NCBI GenBank assembly: GCA_963798205.1
Contig: CAWCSK010000003.1
Coordinates: forward strand, 10,360 to 74,359
Source of the DNA: an uncultured Methanosarcinales archaeon
Lineage (GTDB): Archaea; Halobacteriota; Methanosarcinia; Methanotrichales; Methanotrichaceae
Length of the DNA stretch: 64,000 nt
Direction of reading: 5' to 3'
Shown: positions 55,939 to 64,000 of the stretch, one piece after another
Layout: each line of letters begins with the position of its first letter
Numbering within the stretch: position 1 is the first letter of the stretch
Made by a program: the position numbers and the translations under genes
The notes under the pieces: model-generated
The model's database searches: none
Told to the model about the DNA's origin: nothing
The model's input: the letters and a program-made list of their open reading frames with translations, nothing else

Positions 55939-56295
55939 TCACTCTCGAAGCCAAGCCCAAGCCTTATCCATATCGGCATGGTGGAAGAATTTGGCATCAT
56001 GAGCATAGAAGGGTTTAGCCAGATGTGTTATCCACTTCTCCCAGGTCAAATCGCCGACTATGGCCATTTTTTGGATCTCATGGCGAAATTCAGAGCCGAA
56101 TTTGAGATCTGGTAGCCAGGCCTCCATCTTTTCCCATTTGAACTCGCACAGATCAATCAACATGCGTATGCTGCCTTCCTTTTCCACCAGCGCCTTGACT
56201 TCAGATTCTAGCTGCAGGTAATCGGAAGCTGTTATCGTTCCAATTGCTTTGTAGCCAACGACGTTTCCTGAACTTTCCACTATTTTCTCAATCAT
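55939..56295 (-). CDS. SpoIIAA-like (STAS/SEC14) protein
   Basis: GTITASDY, AWLPDLKFG, KMAIVGD..WEKW, AWAWL. Confidence 0.88.
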   Translation of the reverse strand: MIEKIVESSGNVVGYKAIGTITASDYLQLESEVKALVEKEGSIRMLIDLCEFKWEKMEAWLPDLKFGSEFRHEIQKMAIVGDLTWEKWITHLAKPFYAHDAKFFHHADMDKAWAWLRE

Positions 56296-56640
56296 TTGGA
56301 ATTCCTCTAACTCTAAATTTATGAGCATTCAAACTACTTATTGCTGTCGCAAGTCCAGGTTCAATAATTTGATTACGATTCTATTGCCTTTCATCTTGCT
56401 GCTTTGATGCCAGGTACCTAAAATCTTCAATATATATTACAAAAAGAATAATATATTTTCTGGGTGTTTGGGTGTGGATTCTATACTCTTTCCTGATGAA
56501 GCCAGAAATTAACGGTTGCTAATTCAAATTCTGTTAAAATTTTCACGGTGTTGGGTGTTGATACACTTTTCCTCAGCGTTAACATTTTCTGCCATAAAGT
56601 TTATTACTAAATATCATCGGTATATTAATCGCGATTATAT

Positions 56641-57063
56641 ATGGAACAAGAATTGATGCGAATTGGCGTTTCTCTGCCTGAGAAGCTGCTTTCCAGGTTT
56701 GACGAAATAATCTTGAAGCGTGGCTACTCTTCGCGCTCTGAAGGGATAAGAGATGCCATTAGGAACTATATTGTCCATTATGAGTGGATGAGCGACGTCC
56801 AGGGCGAGAGGGTGGGCGTCATAACCCTGGTCTATGCCCATTCTCAGAGGGGCCTGGTAGACAATCTGACGGAGATTCAGCACGAATCAGGAAGCATCAT
56901 CCAGTCCAGCCTGCATGTCCACCTGGACCACGAAAACTGCCTGGAGGTGATCGTCCTGCGGGGCGAAGGCCAGGATGTAAGAAAGGCCGCAGAGAAGATG
57001 ATGTCTCTGAAGGGCGTAAAACATGTCAAACTCAGCACAACCTCTCTCGGCAAAGAGCTCTGA
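56641..57063 (+). CDS. nikR: Nickel-responsive regulator
   Basis: [33 protein letters not shown]. Confidence 0.95.
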   Translation: MEQELMRIGVSLPEKLLSRFDEIILKRGYSSRSEGIRDAIRNYIVHYEWMSDVQGERVGVITLVYAHSQRGLVDNLTEIQHESGSIIQSSLHVHLDHENCLEVIVLRGEGQDVRKAAEKMMSLKGVKHVKLSTTSLGKEL

Positions 57064-57082
57064 AGAGCAAAATCTGGGAAAT

Positions 57083-57757
57083 ATGAACGTGACCGATTCC
57101 GTATCCGCTCAGGAGATAGTACCTGGCGTCTTTATCCTGGAAGTGGGAGGGCAGACCAGACTCGCCACCAGATCGACTGATCCGGCGCCCGTTTACGGGG
57201 AACGCATCCTGGGTGGCTACAGGTTATGGGACCCATTCCGCTCCAAGCTCGCAGCCCTCCTGCTCAAGAGCAAAGGCCAGGGCCTCCGACTGAAACGTGA
57301 GGCTAAGGTCCTATACCTGGGCGCAGCCACGGGAACCACGGTCAGCCATGTCAGCGATATTGTTGCCGACGGACTGGTTTATGCCGTGGAGTTCTCGCCT
57401 CGCTCCATGCGCGACCTCATCCGCCTGTGCGAGCGGCGCAAGAACATCATTCCCATCCTTGCCGATGCGGCACGGCCTGAGACATATGCCGCTCTTGTTG
57501 AGCCTGTGGATCTGGTCTACCAGGATATAGCTCAGCGAAATCAGGCCGAAATTGCTTCCCTGAACTGTGCGCGGTACCTGCTTTCCGATGGCGAGCTCCT
57601 CCTTATGCTAAAGACGCGATCCGTGGACACAATAGCCTCGCCTGAGGCCGTTCTCCAGAGAGAGAAGAAAAATCTGTCAGGGCTCGATCTAATTGATGTC
57701 ATAGATCTTCTGCCCTTCCATCAGGATCATTGGGCGATGCAGGCCAGAAAGCCTTAA
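57083..57757 (+). CDS. flpA: Fibrillarin-like rRNA/tRNA 2'-O-methyltransferase
   Basis: VYGE, WDPFRSKLAA, VLYLGAATGTTVSHVSD, YQDIAQRNQ. Confidence 0.95.
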   Translation: MNVTDSVSAQEIVPGVFILEVGGQTRLATRSTDPAPVYGERILGGYRLWDPFRSKLAALLLKSKGQGLRLKREAKVLYLGAATGTTVSHVSDIVADGLVYAVEFSPRSMRDLIRLCERRKNIIPILADAARPETYAALVEPVDLVYQDIAQRNQAEIASLNCARYLLSDGELLLMLKTRSVDTIASPEAVLQREKKNLSGLDLIDVIDLLPFHQDHWAMQARKP

Positions 57758-57775
57758 CCCAGGATTTTGTGGATC

Positions 57776-58519
57776 TCAGTCGGAGATGATGTTCGGCAGC
57801 AGTCTGACGTAGCCCACCAGCGGGATTTTCGCCCTTGCGACTCCAATGACCCACTCCTGTTTTACAGGCGTAAGGTAGCTTATCCCATCTCCCACAAATG
57901 TCCCATTTTCTGTCTTGTAAAGGATCGCGCCTGTCTCCTTATCCAAGGATATGTTGCTCCCCACATCAATGATATCATCGCGGTGCGATTCGATATAGGA
58001 CGTTTTGGCCAGGCCGAACATTTGCCCCGCCATCTGGTCGATCACGTCATTATGATCTCCTTTGGTGATGTATCCTGAGAAGGGCGCACGGGGGCCATCC
58101 TTCCACATGGGCTCACCCGTTTTCACATATCTCAGTGCGCGGTGTATGATGGGTGTGGCCTTCTCCTGGCCCGGTGATATTCCTATAACCATTTTGAACT
58201 GATCCAGGAGGTTCATGCTCTCTTTGCCATAAGGCCTGTAGAGGATGACATCCCCCGGATGATTGAAAGCCGTATAGTTGACCTTCTCTGCTTCATCCCA
58301 GGGAATCACAGTGGTGCGGGATATTCCCTGAACCAGAATTATATCCCCTATGTTCAGATTCGGCACCATGCTCCCTGACTCCACAGCTACCATGGGCGTC
58401 CAGAGGCCCAATGTCAGTTGAGAGAGGAGGGATATGGCTCCCACTACCACGATTACGAAAATTATGTCCTTGATCAGGCCCGGAAGAGGCAAATTGTCAA
58501 ACCATTCTCCGATCTTCAT
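57776..58519 (-). CDS. Archaeal signal peptidase I (S26)
   Basis: VESGSMVP, GDVILY, IIHRA, ITKGDHN. Confidence 0.92.
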   Translation of the reverse strand: MKIGEWFDNLPLPGLIKDIIFVIVVVGAISLLSQLTLGLWTPMVAVESGSMVPNLNIGDIILVQGISRTTVIPWDEAEKVNYTAFNHPGDVILYRPYGKESMNLLDQFKMVIGISPGQEKATPIIHRALRYVKTGEPMWKDGPRAPFSGYITKGDHNDVIDQMAGQMFGLAKTSYIESHRDDIIDVGSNISLDKETGAILYKTENGTFVGDGISYLTPVKQEWVIGVARAKIPLVGYVRLLPNIISD

Positions 58520-58560
58520 CAGCTATATTTATCAGTTGGTACATTCTTATACTCCTTTCG

Positions 58561-60123
58561 ATGCTACAGATATCGCGCCATGGCTTCCCGAAGAGCCTCA
58601 AAGTCAGCCGAGATGTAGTGCAGAGATTTGCAGAGCTGGGCTATCAATTGGAGCCGGAAGCCCTTGATATCATCTGCAGCTATCCGGGAAGCCAGGACGA
58701 TCTTTTCCGGCGTATCATCAGCAGCACCGATCGATCCGTGGCAGTGATCAGGAGCTCTCAGGTCTCATGCCTTCTCAATTCGGTTGATTCAAAGGAGACG
58801 AACACAAACGCTGTAGCCCTGAAAAGGCATGCAGTTTCTTCTAAGCTCCATGATTCTGTCTCGCCGCTCGCGCCATCCATGCCGTTGCCGTCGCTCACTA
58901 TTTCGCCTCCACAAGATTCGTATGCCGAATTGAAATGCGATATAACCGGCCGGTCGACTTGCGTCGGCGATTACGACGACTTTGTGTGCTATTTTCGCGA
59001 CAGATACTCGAAGATCAGGGAAATCCTCTCCCGTCGCCTGAACTCCCGGCCCATAGAGTCCCTGGGAAAGAGCACATCGGGGCGTGAGGTATCCCTTATC
59101 GGTATGGTTATGGACGTCAGAAATACCGCCAAAGGCAATCGCGTAATTGAGCTGGAAGACCCTACTGGAATGATCGTTGCCGTCATCCAGAAGGACGCAG
59201 AGGTGTATGAGCAGTCAAGCCTCATCATACCGGATGAGGTAATAGGCGTCACAGGCGTCTCTGACGGCAATGGAAGGCTCTTTGTCAAGTCTTTGCTCTG
59301 GCCGGATATGCCCAACCAGACCGCACCCCTGGAGAAGGGAAGCGGTTATGCTCTATTGATCTCTGATCTCCATGTTGGAAGCAAATATTTCATGGATGAT
59401 GCCTGGCAGAGATTTGCGCAGTGGCTCAACGGGGAGGTCGATGATCCTTCCGGCCTGGCCTCGCAGGTAGAATACATGGTGATTGCCGGAGACCTGGTAG
59501 ACGGCATAGGCATCTATCCCGGTCAACAGAATGATCTGGCCATAATGGACATATATGATCAGTACAAAGCTGCCGCGGAAAGGCTCAATGCCATAAGAAA
59601 AGGCATAAAAATCATTATTGCTCCCGGCAACCACGATATTGTGCGCCAGGCGGAGCCTCAGCCGTCGCTACCTGATGACGTGCAGAAGTACTTTCAGGGA
59701 GACATGCTCTTTGTTGGCAATCCTGCCTGGGTCACCCTGAGCGGGGTATCGGTACTGATTTACCATGGTCGAAGCATAGACGACCTGGTTCTGCGGCTGC
59801 CTGGCATCTCCTACGCTGCGCCTGAGAAGGCCATGATCGAGATGCTGAGGAGGAGACATCTCTCTCCAATTTACGGCAGCCGCGTATCCATTGCACCAGA
59901 GCATGAAGACCATTATGTCATCTCCCGGCCGCCTGCCATCCTGCATTGCGGACATGTGCACACGGTGGGGATCGCCAGGTACAAGGGCGTGGCAGTGATA
60001 AATAGTGGGACCTGGCAGTCTCAGACCGATTTTCAGAAGAAGATGAACATCCAGCCCATACCTGCGGTGGTTCCCATTGTCGATCTGGCAACCATGAAGG
60101 TCCGCAAGTTGATCTTTGCATAG
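58561..60123 (+). CDS. polB: DNA polymerase D small (exonuclease) subunit DP1
   Basis: YFRDRY, OB fold, ISDLHVGS, AGDLVDGIGIYPGQ, PGNHD, YHGRS, RRHLSP, GHVH. Confidence 0.96.
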   Translation: MLQISRHGFPKSLKVSRDVVQRFAELGYQLEPEALDIICSYPGSQDDLFRRIISSTDRSVAVIRSSQVSCLLNSVDSKETNTNAVALKRHAVSSKLHDSVSPLAPSMPLPSLTISPPQDSYAELKCDITGRSTCVGDYDDFVCYFRDRYSKIREILSRRLNSRPIESLGKSTSGREVSLIGMVMDVRNTAKGNRVIELEDPTGMIVAVIQKDAEVYEQSSLIIPDEVIGVTGVSDGNGRLFVKSLLWPDMPNQTAPLEKGSGYALLISDLHVGSKYFMDDAWQRFAQWLNGEVDDPSGLASQVEYMVIAGDLVDGIGIYPGQQNDLAIMDIYDQYKAAAERLNAIRKGIKIIIAPGNHDIVRQAEPQPSLPDDVQKYFQGDMLFVGNPAWVTLSGVSVLIYHGRSIDDLVLRLPGISYAAPEKAMIEMLRRRHLSPIYGSRVSIAPEHEDHYVISRPPAILHCGHVHTVGIARYKGVAVINSGTWQSQTDFQKKMNIQPIPAVVPIVDLATMKVRKLIFA

Positions 60124-60530
60124 GGTCTGTTCTATAAAAATTGAGGCGCATAAGGCAAGCGCCTTTAACTGTAGATGTTTTTATGGATCGTTAATCATTA
60201 TATAATGGTATGAAGATTTTTATTTCCTCGATCCTTTGCTGCAAGTATGTCTAGCCATGATTCGTTCTCATATCAATGCACTTTTGAGCTGTATTGAAAC
60301 TGGAATGGAAAACGGCGTGCATCGATCGATTAGCAGTCGAAAGATCCGGATCTTTTCTCTTCGGTCACTAAGTCAGAGGTGTTAACCATGAGATAATTTA
60401 ACGGCAAGATCTCTCCCGGCCATGCCGTTAGTTTGTGTCTCTTACCAAAAAAGATAAATATTATCGAAGCAAACAGTTGTCGATATAACACAATGAATGG
60501 GGTGAAACTATCAAACAAATAGGAGTTCTA

Positions 60531-60951
60531 TTGGTGCTGGCTATAGCTATGCTGTCAGTTCCTGTGATGGCGCAGCAGGGCATAGCCGGCAATGGCGGCG
60601 TAGATATCCTTGGACAAAATGGTGGAATCTTTGAGACAGAAGGGTCTGCTTTCAGGTTCCCCGAATTTCAGGATACGAACGTCGGCTCGGTAACCGTTGG
60701 AAATGATAAGGCTTTGGCCTTTGGAAATGCCTGGCAACAGGTCTCCTCTGACCCTTGCTACAAATAACTTGGAGATCAAGAAGAATCAGGATTCCGGGGA
60801 ATGCAATTGCTGCAGCAGTGGCAATGCTTCCTGCCAGGACTGTTGCATCAAGGTCAATATCGACCAGATCAAGATCGCCAACAGGGACGCCATGGCATTC
60901 GGATTCGCTTCCGCTACCAATAACGACAAGATTGTGACCAATCAGCAGTAG
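60531..60951 (+). CDS. Secreted Cys-cluster hypothetical protein (frameshifted)
   Basis: Signal peptide; ECNCC...CQDCC; duplicated I.N..A.AFG...ATNN module. Confidence 0.7.
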
Positions 60952-61170
60952 TTTGGGTCCTTGATCCGATAAGGTCTTAAATGAATACTAAAGCCGAAAT
61001 CCACTAGCGCATTGTTAGTGGGTTTCCTATTAATTTTTTTCTTCCTGGTCTGGTCTGCAGCTCGGTCACGGAACGGCTCGATGCATTGAAAGGATCTCTT
61101 CTGATCTATCAGCATAAATAGTTATAGGCAGCTCAAAATTGGCAACGAAACGATCATTTTTCCCTGGGCT

Positions 61171-61699
61171 ATGCGATATATTCCGGACATATACAGTCCT
61201 CATTCCAGTTCTATATCTCTCTCACTGCCTAAAAAAGATGATATTATAATGAATAGTACCAATTCAACTGCAATAGTGCAGGATCTGTCGGCGGTAAACT
61301 CTGCGAAAGTGAGAGATCTTCTCTATAATGATTCCCAGAATGGCGATCCAAATTATCAAGGCGTGTTTAACACTGTGGGCATAAGTGTGAGTGGAAATGG
61401 TAAAGATGCAGTGGATGGCTGGGCTTCTGAAGGGCCAAAAAAATAAATATCTCGAACAGCTCACAGATAAAGCCAGCCGCCTTGGGGTCCCGCAAAGGAA
61501 TGCTACTGATGGAGATCAGAAAACCAGCCGCGAGAAGAGGGACCTTTACGGAAATTATCTGGGAATCGACGTTCGCGGCATATCTGTCAGCGCCATAAAC
61601 ACCATTGACGGGGGAAGTGCTGTGGCCACCTCCAATATTATCATAAATCCGGTGCAAATCATCGACCTCGCTCCGGAGGTTGAAGAAAAGCTGAGATAA
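61171..61699 (+). CDS. Hypothetical protein (frameshifted; the true start may lie upstream)
   Basis: Two abutting ORFs broken at an A-run near 61440. Confidence 0.5.
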
Positions 61700-62126
61700 T
61701 ATGGGGTGAAGTGTCTTGCACAAACAGGAATTCTAGAATTTAGAATTCTATTTTATATTGCACCATTTCTCCCGGAGCGAAAAAGAAGGACCCGAAAACC
61801 GTTTTCCCGTCGTACCATATCTTCCAGATGCTTTACTACAACTTTCCATAATTGCGTGATCATATAAGTTCGAGACGATATCTGTGACGCTCATCCGCAG
61901 TGCATCTCGACGAAAATCCCCAAAAATGGAAGTTCTATCCTCCAGGCCTTTTCACTCTAACCGAGAGTCGGGTCAGAATCGGGCCGCAATGGTGGCTGTC
62001 CCATACCAAATTTCGCGACTTTCAAATCTGATGGTTGCATTGCTTAGATAATTGAGGATGATTGTAATAGTAGTAAGCAAAACATTATATCCATAGCGAT
62101 AAATATTACTGGCAAAGGGGGATCTA

Positions 62127-62369
62127 ATGGTACAAGTAAATTTAGCTGTCGTCATGGGTGTGCTCATAATCCTGACCGGCATTGCTCTGGTCGGGATACA
62201 GGTTATGGATAGCAAGAGTGGTGAGATGCAAAACCAGAGCTTCAAGCTCATCGGGGCGGAGGCCGGGGCTACAAAGTTCCAGGTAGAGACTGCATTTCCG
62301 GGTGTGCCCATGATCGCACTGGGAATGATACTGCTGATCGCGGGCGCAGCACTGTCGGGCAGGACTTGA
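62127..62369 (+). CDS. Small two-TM membrane protein
   Basis: Two hydrophobic segments, 80 aa. Confidence 0.65.
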   Translation: MVQVNLAVVMGVLIILTGIALVGIQVMDSKSGEMQNQSFKLIGAEAGATKFQVETAFPGVPMIALGMILLIAGAALSGRT

Positions 62370-62437
62370 GTGCCATTCCCTGGGTATACCTCAGGCCTTA
62401 GCAAAAGCTAAAAATCCAGGAGATCTAATTTTAGAGC

Positions 62438-62866
62438 ATGAAGCCCAGGGAATTATCCAAGGACGAATGCTCAATTCTTCTTTCCTCTGCCAGGTATGGA
62501 CGGCTGGGATTGGCCGGGAATGGCTTGCCTTATGTCGTTCCAATGTCTTATGTTTATCACGGCAATGTGATCTACCTTCACTCTCGGGGAAATGGAAAGA
62601 AGGTCGAGTGCGTGACTGAGAACCCTAATGTGTGCTTCCAGATAGATGTTATCCAGAAAGACCGCTGGTCAAGCGTTGCCGTATTTGGCACCGCGAGCCT
62701 ATCGGATAGTGTTGTTGCCAAGCAGAAGATGTTCGATGCGTTCACGGAAAAAGGCCAGGGCGGCCACGGCGGCAAAAAGTTCTCTCGCGAGGAGCTGGAG
62801 AAGATGGATATGACCATCTGGGAGATAAATATCAAAGAGATTACGGGCAGAGAGGGCGTCTGGTAG
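62438..62866 (+). CDS. Pyridoxamine 5'-phosphate oxidase family protein
   Basis: YGRLGL, PYVVPMSY, GKKVE..ENPNVCFQID, WSSV. Confidence 0.88.
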   Translation: MKPRELSKDECSILLSSARYGRLGLAGNGLPYVVPMSYVYHGNVIYLHSRGNGKKVECVTENPNVCFQIDVIQKDRWSSVAVFGTASLSDSVVAKQKMFDAFTEKGQGGHGGKKFSREELEKMDMTIWEINIKEITGREGVW

Positions 62867-62867
62867 A

Positions 62868-64000
62868 ATGCCTATTGCCACGAAGTGGACTGAGAAGTAC
62901 CGGCCGGAGTCCCTTAAACGGGTTTTGGGCAACGGCAAGGCCATAGAGGAGCTGCGGGGATGGGCTCAGTCCTGGGAGAGGGGCGAGCCCATCACCGGTG
63001 CTGCTATTCTGTATGGGCCGGCAGGGACGGGCAAGACCTCAGCCGCTCTCGCGCTTGCCAGCGAGTTTGACTGGGACTACATTGAGATGAACGCCTCGGA
63101 TGCTCGCACGGCAGGCATGATTCAGAAGATTGCGGGTCCCGCCTCGCAGAGCCGGACCTTCTCAGGAAAGCCCCGGCTCGTTATTCTGGATGAGGCGGAT
63201 AATCTGCATGGCACTGCTGACAGGGGTGGAGCTGCGGCCATGTTGAAGCTGGTACGGAACGCTTCGCAGCCCGTCCTGCTCATCGCCAATGAGTACTATG
63301 AGATCGAGAAGCCTCTGCGGGACGCAATGAAGGGCATACAGTTCCGGTCGGTTCGTTCCACTACCATTGCACAGGCGTTGCGGGAGATCTGCAGACTGGA
63401 AGAGGTCGAATGCGATCCTGATGCTCTGATGCTGATTGCCGAGAGGGCAGGAGGCGACATGCGCTCAGGGATCAATGATCTGCAGGCGGCTGCCCAGGGC
63501 CAGACGGAGCTGAAGCTGGAAGATGTGGCCACTGCCGAGCGGGATGTCAAGTCATCCATCTTCAAGGTTTTAGAGGTTATTTTCAAGGGCAATAATGCCC
63601 ACGAGGCGTTGCAAGCCTCTTACGCCCTGGATGAGAGCCCGGAAGACCTGATCAACTGGGTGGACGAGAACCTGCCCCTGGCGTACAAGGGTTTGGACCT
63701 GTTTTGGGGGTACGATCGCCTGGCGCGGGCGGACATCTTTCTGGGCCGGGTGCGACGGAGGCAGGTCTACGGTCTGTGGCGCTATGCCAGCTTTCTCATG
63801 ACGGGTGGTGTGCAGGCTGCCAAGACCACGCGTAGCCACGGCTATGTTGCCTTCCGGCCGCCCAGCCTCTGGCGCAGGATGGGACAGACGCGCAAGGCGC
63901 GCAGCATTCGAGATAGCGCTGCCCAAAAGATCGGCCGGCGCTGCCATGTCTCAGCAGGCTTTGCCCGCTCGGAGCTGATGGGCTTCGTGGGGCTGCTGCT
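62868..64000 (+). CDS. rfcL: Replication factor C large subunit (runs off the window end)
   Basis: Manual translation MPIATKWTEKYRP, LYGPAGTGKTS, IEMNASD, ILDEADN, GGDMRSGINDLQ. Confidence 0.95.
   Translation, partial: MPIATKWTEKYRPESLKRVLGNGKAIEELRGWAQSWERGEPITGAAILYGPAGTGKTSAALALASEFDWDYIEMNASDARTAGMIQKIAGPASQSRTFSGKPRLVILDEADNLHGTADRGGAAAMLKLVRNASQPVLLIANEYYEIEKPLRDAMKGIQFRSVRSTTIAQALREICRLEEVECDPDALMLIAERAGGDMRSGINDLQAAAQGQTELKLEDVATAERDVKSSIFKVLEVIFKGNNAHEALQASYALDESPEDLINWVDENLPLAYKGLDLFWGYDRLARADIFLGRVRRRQVYGLWRYASFLMTGGVQAAKTTRSHGYVAFRPPSLWRRMGQTRKARSIRDSAAQKIGRRCHVSAGFARSELMGFVGLL

Overview
Chromosomal window of a methanogenic archaeon. Methanosarcinales/Methanotrichales, most likely Methanothrix, is inferred from gene content (MC1, methanogenesis markers, class II photolyase, sequon-rich secreted proteins) and has not been confirmed. 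It holds the atwA-mmp3-6-5-15-17-7 MCR-activation operon, a bacterial-type N-ATPase operon (atpDCQRBEFAG), housekeeping genes (pyrH, hisI, nreA, lhr, cbiA/cfbB-like, fumAB, nikR, flpA, polB/DP1, partial rfcL), a vapBC-type module amid gene debris and several secreted low-complexity proteins. More than 20 genes, including essential ones, are split by single-base indels, which I read mostly as long-read assembly error. No rRNA, tRNA, CRISPR array or intact transposase was recognised. The most interesting unexplained signals are: a duplicated ~230-bp non-coding cassette (palindromic operators, TATA box, hairpin) between ala and MC1 that looks like twin sRNA genes; a secreted protein with CGC/Met repeats; a possible divergent sliding-clamp-like ORF; a long GC-rich inverted repeat; and an N-ATPase with an atypical c-subunit ion-binding motif and an in-frame stop in atpR. 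All family assignments come from motif recognition, not database searches.
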